DNA of 52,506 nucleotides from a virus: UHGV virus genome UHGV-0041832; one strand, 5' to 3'. Shown piece by piece: positions 26,496 to 33,839 of this stretch (position 1 is its first letter; each line of letters starts with the position of its first letter). The notes under the pieces were generated by a model. It saw only the letters and a program-made list of their open reading frames with translations, ran no database searches and was not told where the DNA came from. The position numbers and the translations under genes were made by a program.

Positions 26496-26668
26496 ACGAG
26501 ATCGAAGATGGTATCTATTTGCATAAGGTATTTAACATCGTCTATTTACTTAAAGGTAATAAGGTGATGATAAGACCTGATGACGATCCACATTGGGAAT
26601 CAAGCGACATGGATCGGCGGCATATGCAAATGTTGCTTGATAACGGCCTGATATATAGAAAGCCGTAA
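26492..26668 (+). CDS. Hypothetical 58-aa protein
   Basis: Hand-translated MNEIEDGIYLHKVFNIVYLLKGNKV...; shares EDG(V/I)Y start with the preceding gene. Confidence 0.35.
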   Translation: MNEIEDGIYLHKVFNIVYLLKGNKVMIRPDDDPHWESSDMDRRHMQMLLDNGLIYRKP

Positions 26669-26675
26669 GCCGTAT

Positions 26676-26704
26676 TTGTAGGGCGTAAACAAACAGATTA
26701 AAAT
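26676..26704 (+). promoter_or_regulatory. Candidate late (PR'-like) promoter upstream of lysis cassette
   Basis: TTGTAG (26676-26681), 17-nt spacer, TAAAAT (26699-26704). Confidence 0.45.
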
Positions 26705-26733
26705 ATTTCCTAACAATGCGAAATTGTAATTAC

Positions 26734-26755
26734 CCGGCCCCGCGCCGGGTTTTTG
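26734..26755 (+). terminator. Rho-independent terminator-like hairpin (tR'-like) just upstream of holin
   Basis: CCCGGC-CCCGC-GCCGGG followed by TTTTTG. Confidence 0.6.
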
Positions 26756-26774
26756 CTTTGTTGGAGGAAAATCT

Positions 26775-26975
26775 ATGTTCGACAAAATACGGGAGGCGTG
26801 CGCGTATGTGACTGGGGCCGTAACTGCTTTTTTCGGCGCGATAACCATCAATGACATTGCCGTCTTTGTGGGTATCTTATCAACCGTAGGCACATTTGCC
26901 GTTAACTATTACTTCAAATCACAGGAGAACAAGCGAGCGCAAGAGGAACACGACGCGCGAATGGGGAATAAGTAA
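26775..26975 (+). CDS. Holin (class II / pinholin-like)
   Basis: 66 aa, two hydrophobic helices, charged C-terminus YYFKSQENKRAQEEHDARMGNK resembling phage 21 S-type holins; directly precedes endolysin. Confidence 0.7.
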   Translation: MFDKIREACAYVTGAVTAFFGAITINDIAVFVGILSTVGTFAVNYYFKSQENKRAQEEHDARMGNK

Positions 26976-27467
26976 ATGATTAGCCAATCGCTGAAAAACA
27001 AGATTATTGCTGCGGCGGCTGGCGGGGCGATCGCTATTGCGGCTGTGATGGTTAAACCATTAGAAGGCGTGGAGTACGATCCGTATCGTGATGCTATCGG
27101 TGTATGGACTGTATGTTATGGTCACACCGGAAAAGACATTATGCTGGGTAAAACTTACACGCAATCAGAATGCGATGCTTTGTTAAACAAAGATCTCCAC
27201 AAAACCGCAAAAGCGATTGACCCATATATTAAAGTCGAAATATCAGATTTTACCCGCGCGGCGCTTTATTCATTCGCCTATAACGTAGGCGCTACCAACT
27301 TCAAAACATCAACATTATTGAAGCTACTCAATGACGGCAAGAAATCGGAGGCGTGCGCACAGCTTAAACGCTGGATATATGCTGGTGGTAAGCAGTGGCA
27401 AGGGTTAATTAACCGCCGTGATGTTGAATATGCCGTTTGCGAATGGGGTGAAACATGGACAAGGTGA
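26976..27467 (+). CDS. SAR endolysin (T4-lysozyme-like glycoside hydrolase)
   Basis: N-terminal Ala/Gly-rich signal-anchor-release helix ([17 protein letters not shown]), catalytic E-8aa-D-5aa-T triad ([16 protein letters not shown]). Confidence 0.88.
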   Translation: MISQSLKNKIIAAAAGGAIAIAAVMVKPLEGVEYDPYRDAIGVWTVCYGHTGKDIMLGKTYTQSECDALLNKDLHKTAKAIDPYIKVEISDFTRAALYSFAYNVGATNFKTSTLLKLLNDGKKSEACAQLKRWIYAGGKQWQGLINRRDVEYAVCEWGETWTR

Positions 27468-27925
27468 AGACGTTAATCATCGCCGTTGTTGTTTGCATTA
27501 TTGCCGGGCTTACCGCCGTAACGTGTTATTACCAGGGTGAGGCGGCAAGGTTACAGGAAGAAGTCACGGTGACGAAAGGCGCACTAAAAACAGCAAGTAA
27601 CACTATCCAGCAGATGAAGGAGCGAAACGCCGAACTGTCAAAACTTGATAAGAGGTATCACGATGAGATTAAAGCTATCAGATCTGACATTGCCGATCTT
27701 CGCGCTGGCATTGATAGCGGTGCTATCAGGTTGCACGTCAACGCCGAGCCAGTGTACGTGCACGACGCCACCGGAACCGCCAGCAGCATTAATGGAGCCA
27801 CCTGTAGACTTACTGCCAGTGCTCAATCAAATTATCTATCCCTCAGAGAACAACTAAAAGAGAAAGACGCGAAGATCACCGGATTACAGGACTACATCAA
27901 AACGCAGTGCATACGCAAAGAATAA
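27455..27925 (+). CDS. Rz-like inner-membrane spanin
   Basis: 156 aa, N-terminal TM helix then coiled coil; follows endolysin. Confidence 0.8.
   Translation: MDKVKTLIIAVVVCIIAGLTAVTCYYQGEAARLQEEVTVTKGALKTASNTIQQMKERNAELSKLDKRYHDEIKAIRSDIADLRAGIDSGAIRLHVNAEPVYVHDATGTASSINGATCRLTASAQSNYLSLREQLKEKDAKITGLQDYIKTQCIRKE
27663..27857 (+). CDS. Rz1-like outer-membrane lipoprotein spanin embedded in Rz (+1 frame)
   Basis: [24 protein letters not shown] lipobox, proline-rich mature part; lies wholly inside Rz in another frame (ORF 27645..27857). Confidence 0.7.
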   Translation: MRLKLSDLTLPIFALALIAVLSGCTSTPSQCTCTTPPEPPAALMEPPVDLLPVLNQIIYPSENN

Positions 27926-28204
27926 CAGCGCGCGGACGTGTCGCCGTTTCCGCCAGCCAGCCATAACCGGGCCAATCCTTCCCGCGAGCGACGGCGGAAT
28001 AGTCAAAAACACGTAATACCGGATCAACAGTCCCATTAACAGGTCAGGCGCTACCTGGGTAGAAGAAAGCGCCATTCACCAATTTTATAAAATTCTGGAA
28101 ACGGTACTGATGAAGCGCCGTTTTCAGTGTTTTATAACTGTTTTCACTCCCTGCGGTGTCGAGTTTTGCGGGGGTTATATTTTTCAGAATAGGAGATTAT
28201 TCTG

Positions 28205-28747
28205 ATGGCTAAGGCTAAAGGCATTAAATTGCCTCAATTTAAGATCCCACTCTTTGAGCATACAACCGTTTTCTTTTGCCCGACCCGCGAGATGTTCTAT
28301 GAATTTTGCGAAAAGGCAGGAATTCCGATTGAACCTGATTTCGAGTTGGCTGGAGGATTAACGCTTACTTGCACTGGCGAGAATGGTGGTAACTTCTACG
28401 TGATCGCAGTATTCAACAATGAGTTGGGAACGCTGGTCCATGAATGCGCCCACACTACATTCCACGTTTTAAGTGATGTAGGCGTCGTGGCTACCACGGA
28501 TCCTACCCATCCGGCGAATGAGACTTACGCTTACATGGTAGGCCGTATCTTCGATGCGTTTTTCCCTATCCTAGCAGAATCAAACGAAGCACAGGTTGCA
28601 GCAATGCAGGCGGCAGAAGTCGTCGATCAGGCGCTGGAACAGGCAGAACAGCCGAAGGAAGAAGAAAAGCCAGCGAAGAAAGGTAAACGTAAGCCGAAAG
28701 CAAAAGAAGCGCTTGTACCGCGTGTTATGAGTTTTAAACGAGGCTGA
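28205..28747 (+). CDS. HExxH-motif protein with Lys-rich C-terminal tail (putative zinc metallopeptidase-like)
   Basis: 180 aa; HECAHTTFH motif; C-terminal KEEEKPAKKGKRKPKAK. Confidence 0.5.
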   Translation: MAKAKGIKLPQFKIPLFEHTTVFFCPTREMFYEFCEKAGIPIEPDFELAGGLTLTCTGENGGNFYVIAVFNNELGTLVHECAHTTFHVLSDVGVVATTDPTHPANETYAYMVGRIFDAFFPILAESNEAQVAAMQAAEVVDQALEQAEQPKEEEKPAKKGKRKPKAKEALVPRVMSFKRG

Positions 28748-28749
28748 TT

Positions 28750-28839
28750 ATGATTGCGTCAATACTAACTTTCGTCGGCGGGATGGCGGCTGGATTCATC
28801 CTTTGCCTGTTTCTGGTAGTTATGTCTATGCGAGACTGA
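28750..28839 (+). CDS. Micro-ORF 1 of array: 29-aa single-helix hydrophobic peptide
   Basis: MIASILTFVGGMAAGFILCLFLVVMSMRD; GAGG SD 7 nt upstream; hand-translated. Confidence 0.4.
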   Translation: MIASILTFVGGMAAGFILCLFLVVMSMRD

Positions 28840-28841
28840 TT

Positions 28842-28904
28842 ATGGACGCTTATTTATTTATCGGAATGGCGGCGGCTGTAATATTGTTTTTGTTGTGGAA
28901 GTAA
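28842..28904 (+). CDS. Micro-ORF 2: 20-aa hydrophobic peptide
   Basis: MDAYLFIGMAAAVILFLLWK; starts 2 nt after previous stop. Confidence 0.35.
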   Translation: MDAYLFIGMAAAVILFLLWK

Positions 28905-28909
28905 TGATT

Positions 28910-29014
28910 ATGGACGCTTACATCATTGCCGGATTAATCGGCGTTTCTGTGTTTCTTGCTGGTTCTATTATAGTTGCGCTGATAAACGTATATATCAAGT
29001 ATTTGGTGGGGTGA
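28910..29014 (+). CDS. Micro-ORF 3: 34-aa hydrophobic peptide
   Basis: MDAYIIAGLIGVSVFLAGSIIVALINVYIKYLVG; shares MDAY start with micro-ORF 2. Confidence 0.4.
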   Translation: MDAYIIAGLIGVSVFLAGSIIVALINVYIKYLVG

Positions 29015-29019
29015 AAAAT

Positions 29020-29094
29020 ATGATTGACCCGCTAATTATCCTTTCTGCCTGCGTCGCTGTATGGCTGGCGATCATGATATTCATTGAAAGCTGA
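29020..29094 (+). CDS. Micro-ORF 4: 24-aa hydrophobic peptide
   Basis: MIDPLIILSACVAVWLAIMIFIES; GGGTGA SD-like upstream. Confidence 0.35.
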   Translation: MIDPLIILSACVAVWLAIMIFIES

Positions 29095-29105
29095 AGGTAT
29101 CCACA

Positions 29106-29186
29106 ATGAACGCATACGAAATGCTATTGCTGGTGGCTGTTATTACAGTTATTGCCGTAGATGTTTATCGGGAGTTTAAAAAATGA
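29106..29186 (+). CDS. Micro-ORF 5: 26-aa hydrophobic peptide
   Basis: MNAYEMLLLVAVITVIAVDVYREFKK. Confidence 0.35.
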   Translation: MNAYEMLLLVAVITVIAVDVYREFKK

Positions 29187-29251
29187 AATGGCTTGATTTC
29201 TTTTTCCTGATCGTTGCGATTGTTCTCACTATGACCGCGCTTGCTCAATAG
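29183..29251 (+). CDS. Micro-ORF 6: 22-aa hydrophobic peptide
   Basis: MKWLDFFFLIVAIVLTMTALAQ; ATGA overlap with micro-ORF 5; GGAG SD. Confidence 0.4.
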   Translation: MKWLDFFFLIVAIVLTMTALAQ

Positions 29252-29259
29252 GTGAAAGC

Positions 29260-29334
29260 ATGAACGCTATTGATATTATGTTGATCGTGTGTACCGTTGC
29301 ATTAGTTATTATTGGGGTGATTATCAATGTCTGA
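29260..29334 (+). CDS. Micro-ORF 7: 24-aa hydrophobic peptide
   Basis: MNAIDIMLIVCTVALVIIGVIINV; AGGTGA SD. Confidence 0.4.
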   Translation: MNAIDIMLIVCTVALVIIGVIINV

Positions 29335-29395
29335 TGGTGATTTCTTAATCATGGCTATATGCACGCTGTTAACTGTTATTGTTTTCTTCGCGTAA
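29327..29395 (+). CDS. Micro-ORF 8: 22-aa hydrophobic peptide
   Basis: MSDGDFLIMAICTLLTVIVFFA; overlaps micro-ORF 7 end. Confidence 0.35.
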   Translation: MSDGDFLIMAICTLLTVIVFFA

Positions 29396-29404
29396 AGGTA
29401 AACA

Positions 29405-29488
29405 ATGAAAGAATTATTCGATTGGTTGGAAGTATTAACATACTGTGCAAGTTTTGTTGCTTGCGTATATATCATCAATAAATATTGA
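29405..29488 (+). CDS. Micro-ORF 9: 27-aa hydrophobic peptide
   Basis: MKELFDWLEVLTYCASFVACVYIINKY; AAAGG SD. Confidence 0.4.
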   Translation: MKELFDWLEVLTYCASFVACVYIINKY

Positions 29489-29498
29489 GAGGTGAATT

Positions 29499-30014
29499 AT
29501 GGCCCGCACTAAAAAGGCAAAAGCTGACGACAAAAAGCCAGCCGCAAAAAGGGTGGGCCGTCCGCATGGTTATACCGAAGAAAAGGCGTTAGAAATCTGT
29601 GAACTGGTGGCGGACGGTCAGAGCGTTAACAAAATTTCGAAGATGCCTGGTATGCCTACCCGTTCAACAATCCTGAAATGGTTTAGAGACGTGCCGGAAT
29701 TCTCGGACATGTACATGCGCGCGAAGGAAATCGGCTTCGAGGTATTAGCTGATGAGATCCTCGATATAGCTGATGATGCTAAGAACGTTGATAAAGACCA
29801 ACTACGCCGCCACCAATTAATGATTGAAACGCGTAAATGGTTATTGGCTAAGCTACAACCGCGCAAATACGGCGAACGCGTCACACAGGAGATCGTCGGT
29901 AACAAGGAAGAAGCACCCGTCCAGGTAGAAGTAAATCAGACTACTGTCCTTGAGATAATCGATAACCTGAATAAGGAGTACAATACTCATGGAGACTGCG
30001 ACGACAAAGATTGA
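29499..30014 (+). CDS. Terminase small subunit
   Basis: 171 aa; basic N-terminus, HTH-like segment, position immediately upstream of and overlapping large terminase. Confidence 0.75.
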   Translation: MARTKKAKADDKKPAAKRVGRPHGYTEEKALEICELVADGQSVNKISKMPGMPTRSTILKWFRDVPEFSDMYMRAKEIGFEVLADEILDIADDAKNVDKDQLRRHQLMIETRKWLLAKLQPRKYGERVTQEIVGNKEEAPVQVEVNQTTVLEIIDNLNKEYNTHGDCDDKD

Positions 30015-31503
30015 CAGAGAGGTTCTAAGGGGGTTGTGTGTTAAAGGTTGTGCTCCCAAAGACATATCAGCACCTTTGTTTTTTAGTTCCTACTTTTATA
30101 AGCAACAGGTTGGCAAGGACTTTTTGGTTGGGCGTCATCACAGAATAATTGCCGATACGCTACAACGAGTTATTAATGGTGAAATCACCAGGTTGATAAT
30201 CAACATTCCACCGGGCTATGGCAAAACAATGATTGCCACAATTCACATGATGGCCCGCTGCCTCGCAATAGAACCCCGCACCAGATTCCTGCATGTATCG
30301 TATTCACACGGACTCGCCTTGCTTAATTCCTCAGAGACAAGAAACATAATCACGATGCCGCAATATCAGGAATTGTGGCCTAGGCAAATGCGCAACGATT
30401 CGAACGCGAAAAACCTGTGGTGGACCACTCAGGGTGGCGGCGTGTATGCGACGTCATCGCTTGGACAGGTGACAGGGTTCCGCGCCGGGTACATGGAACC
30501 TGGGTTTAACGGCGCAATGATTATTGATGACCCCCTGAAACCAGCTGACGCTTATTCTGATGTGGTGCGAAAGCAGGTTAATACCAATTACAACGACACG
30601 CTTTCTTCGCGCCTGGCTGTGCAAACAACGCCAGTGATCGTCATCATGCAGCGTATCCACTACGATGATTTATCCGGCTACCTGTTACGTGGCGGTAGTG
30701 GTGAGAAATGGCATCACCTTTGCCTGCCAGTGAAGATCGACAACAGTCTTGACTATTGGGATCTGTACCCGGAAAACAAATTCGCTATTCCTGTTCCTCA
30801 CAACCTGCCGGATGGCTGGCTATGGTTGCATAAGCATAGTGATAAAGATGAATCAACTCTTAAATCACATCGCCGAACATTCGAAGCTCAATATATGCAG
30901 TGTCCGCGCAAGTTCGATCAAGAGGGCGCATTGTGGACTGAAGCGATGATAACCGCCGCGCACAGGATGCAGATAACGCAGGAGAAAATTCGCACGGTGA
31001 TAGCCATCGACCCGGCGACAACATCATCTGATGAGTCAGACGAAACAGGGATTGTAGCCTGTTCCGCTTATGGTGGTGGCAAGAATGCTCAGTATTCAGT
31101 AGACGGTGACTACTCAGGACGCATGTCACCTAATGACTGGGCGCAAGCAGCAATGAACGCCTACAACATCCATGAAGCTGACGCGATGGTTATCGAAACC
31201 AACCAGGGTGGTGATATGGCAGAGGCCACGCTACGTAACGCCGGATTCAAAGGCCGCATTGTTAAGGTGCACGCAAGCAAGGGTAAATTCGCCCGCGCCG
31301 AGCCAATATCGGCACTGTATGCACAAGGAAGGGTAGCCCACACTGGCAGCCTGTACACGCTGGAAAATCAAATGATGGAATATGTGCCAGCTACCGCTAA
31401 AAAATCACCTGACCGCCTCGACGCTATGGTGTGGGGTATCACTGAATTAAGCCAGCCACAGGCAATGGGCCTTATGTTACCTAAGCGCCTGCGCGGATTT
31501 TAA
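29989..31503 (+). CDS. Terminase large subunit
   Basis: 504 aa; ATPase Walker A-like PPGYGKT, Walker B IIDD, C-terminal nuclease-type acidic residues. Confidence 0.88.
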   Translation: METATTKIDREVLRGLCVKGCAPKDISAPLFFSSYFYKQQVGKDFLVGRHHRIIADTLQRVINGEITRLIINIPPGYGKTMIATIHMMARCLAIEPRTRFLHVSYSHGLALLNSSETRNIITMPQYQELWPRQMRNDSNAKNLWWTTQGGGVYATSSLGQVTGFRAGYMEPGFNGAMIIDDPLKPADAYSDVVRKQVNTNYNDTLSSRLAVQTTPVIVIMQRIHYDDLSGYLLRGGSGEKWHHLCLPVKIDNSLDYWDLYPENKFAIPVPHNLPDGWLWLHKHSDKDESTLKSHRRTFEAQYMQCPRKFDQEGALWTEAMITAAHRMQITQEKIRTVIAIDPATTSSDESDETGIVACSAYGGGKNAQYSVDGDYSGRMSPNDWAQAAMNAYNIHEADAMVIETNQGGDMAEATLRNAGFKGRIVKVHASKGKFARAEPISALYAQGRVAHTGSLYTLENQMMEYVPATAKKSPDRLDAMVWGITELSQPQAMGLMLPKRLRGF

Positions 31504-31561
31504 AAACCATCCCACAAATCCCCCGCAAGTTTTTCTATTTTTCGCGTAGAAGCGCGTAAAC

Positions 31562-32953
31562 ATGTATTCAGGAGTAAACATTATGCCATCCAATTTAGAA
31601 TTGGCGGTTAATGCTGCCTTGTCTCAACGCCAGGCGGCCTTTGCCCGCTATGCAGCCGCTAACCCATTCTCAATGGGTATTGATGCAAAACGTGATGCTG
31701 CGTGGAGTGAATACGGATTCAAAGAAGAAATCACCTATGCCGATTTATACAAACTGTATCGTCGCGGTGGTATCGCTCACGGTGCTATTGAGAAGATCAT
31801 TACTACGTGCTGGCGCACCAGGCCAACGCTGATTGAAGGTACGGAAGACGAGAAAGCGAAAAAGGAAACTTCGTGGGAAAGAGAAATCAAAAAACGATTC
31901 GACAATAGATTCTGGCGCGTAATTGCTGAATGCGATCGCCGCCGCCTCATCGGTCGTTATGCTGGACTGTTAATTCACGTCAGGGATAACAAGCCGTGGG
32001 ATCAGCCAGTAACAAAAGGCGTAGGCATTGCCAAATTTACCCCCGTATGGGCTGGTGCTCTTACACCGAAGGACTTCGAAGAAAACCCGGATAAAGAAAA
32101 CTATGGCCTGCCTACATGGTGGGAATACAAGGAGCGCATTAACAGTAAGACCATAGCAAGAAAGATACATCCAGATCGCATATTTATCTTCGGTGATTAT
32201 TCTGATGATGCCATCGCTTTCCTTGAACCGTCCTATAACGCATTCGTTTCGCTGGAGAAAGTGGAAGGCGGCAGCGGTGAATCATTCCTGAAAAACGCAG
32301 CACGTCAACTGGCTATCTCGTTCGATAAAGAAATTGATTTCCGTTCTCTGGCTGCAACATACGGTTGCGACGTTACAGAGCTACGCGAAAAATTCAATGA
32401 AGCGGCAGAGGATATAAATAAAGGTAATGATGTGATGATGGCATTACAGGGAGCTACCGTTAGCCCGCTGGTTACTGCCGTAGCAGATCCTTCCGCTACC
32501 TATGACGTCAACCTGCAAACCGCAGCCGCTGGTATCGATATTCCAACGCGTATCCTGGTTGGGAATCAGCAGGGCGAACGCGCATCAACCGAAGACCTCC
32601 GCTACTTCAATAACCGCTGCATGACCCGCCGTGAGGAAATAGGAGGTGAGCTTGAGGAGCTATTCCGCAAGATGGCAGATCTCCGCCTTATCAGTATGCC
32701 AGTCGATGTATCAGTTTTATGGGATGACCTGAATGCCATGACAAAAGCCGAACTACTGGAAGCGGCACATAAGATGGCGCAAATCAATCAGGCTTGTCTT
32801 GCTACTGGTGAGGAAATATTCAGCGGTGACGAGATCCGCGAAGCTGCCGGATACGATGGCCCGGCTAGTGAGGTAGAACTGGAAGAGGAAAACGATGATG
32901 AAAGTGAAGAAGATAATCAGGCGAATACCTCCAGCCGCGATAATGCCATCTAA
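31562..32953 (+). CDS. Portal protein (likely)
   Basis: 463 aa directly after terminase; acidic C-terminus; true start likely MPSNLEL at 31583 with AGGAG SD. Confidence 0.65.
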   Translation: MYSGVNIMPSNLELAVNAALSQRQAAFARYAAANPFSMGIDAKRDAAWSEYGFKEEITYADLYKLYRRGGIAHGAIEKIITTCWRTRPTLIEGTEDEKAKKETSWEREIKKRFDNRFWRVIAECDRRRLIGRYAGLLIHVRDNKPWDQPVTKGVGIAKFTPVWAGALTPKDFEENPDKENYGLPTWWEYKERINSKTIARKIHPDRIFIFGDYSDDAIAFLEPSYNAFVSLEKVEGGSGESFLKNAARQLAISFDKEIDFRSLAATYGCDVTELREKFNEAAEDINKGNDVMMALQGATVSPLVTAVADPSATYDVNLQTAAAGIDIPTRILVGNQQGERASTEDLRYFNNRCMTRREEIGGELEELFRKMADLRLISMPVDVSVLWDDLNAMTKAELLEAAHKMAQINQACLATGEEIFSGDEIREAAGYDGPASEVELEEENDDESEEDNQANTSSRDNAI

Positions 32954-33839
32954 CACCGAAGACCCGACCATGACAGGGAAGTTAAGGTCTGGTGCTATTA
33001 AGCGTTTCAAATCCTGCCTGAAAAAAGTAGCCGATCCATATATCGCCATATTGGACAGGATACAATATAGCCTGGCTGTTAATAAGAAATACACCTTTCA
33101 GATTTACATGGATGAATTTCACGACATGCTGGAGGATGCCAGCGACATGATTGATGAGATATTCGAGCTAACAGACCCGGAAAACTTCTGGTTCTGGCAG
33201 AATTACGTGAAGGTGGCCTATCAGCGCGGCACGGCACAGGAACATGCCAACCTTGCTAACCAGTCTGTCACGTACTCAAGCGCCTACCCTGATGTATCTG
33301 CCGTGTTATCCAGTACAACTTACCGAACACGCCTTGCTCTGGTCCGTACCCGTGTATTTGAGGAAATGCGCGGGCTGACCGCACAGATCAAAAAGGATAT
33401 GGCCCGGCGATTAACTGAAGGCATGGCCCGTGGTTTAAACCCACTGGAAATAGCGCGCACATTGAATCAGGAGACGCAATTACCGCTATACAGGTGTAAA
33501 CGTATTGCTCGAACTGAAATATGCACAGCGTTACGCACAGCGCGTATGGATGAGGCAGAAGCGGCGACAGAAGAATTTAATCTGCGCACTATGCAAATGC
33601 ACATTTCGGCATTATCACCGACTACCAGGCTATCGCACGCGCAGCGGCACGGTAAAACATACACCATAGATGAGCAGCGCGAATGGTGGAGTAGATCCCC
33701 TAATTCAATTAACTGCAAATGTAGCACGATTACCGTATTAGTTGACGAAGACGGTAACATATTAAACGAACGAATATTAGATCGGGCGCAAGAAAACTAT
33801 AAAGTTGCGCACGCTAAATATGGCGAAGATTGGGAGTAA
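32895..33839 (+). CDS. Head morphogenesis protein (Mu F / SPP1 gp7-like)
   Basis: 314 aa; F-like minor capsid patterns (IARTEI, RLSHAQRHGKTY). Confidence 0.7.
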   Translation: MMKVKKIIRRIPPAAIMPSNTEDPTMTGKLRSGAIKRFKSCLKKVADPYIAILDRIQYSLAVNKKYTFQIYMDEFHDMLEDASDMIDEIFELTDPENFWFWQNYVKVAYQRGTAQEHANLANQSVTYSSAYPDVSAVLSSTTYRTRLALVRTRVFEEMRGLTAQIKKDMARRLTEGMARGLNPLEIARTLNQETQLPLYRCKRIARTEICTALRTARMDEAEAATEEFNLRTMQMHISALSPTTRLSHAQRHGKTYTIDEQREWWSRSPNSINCKCSTITVLVDEDGNILNERILDRAQENYKVAHAKYGEDWE

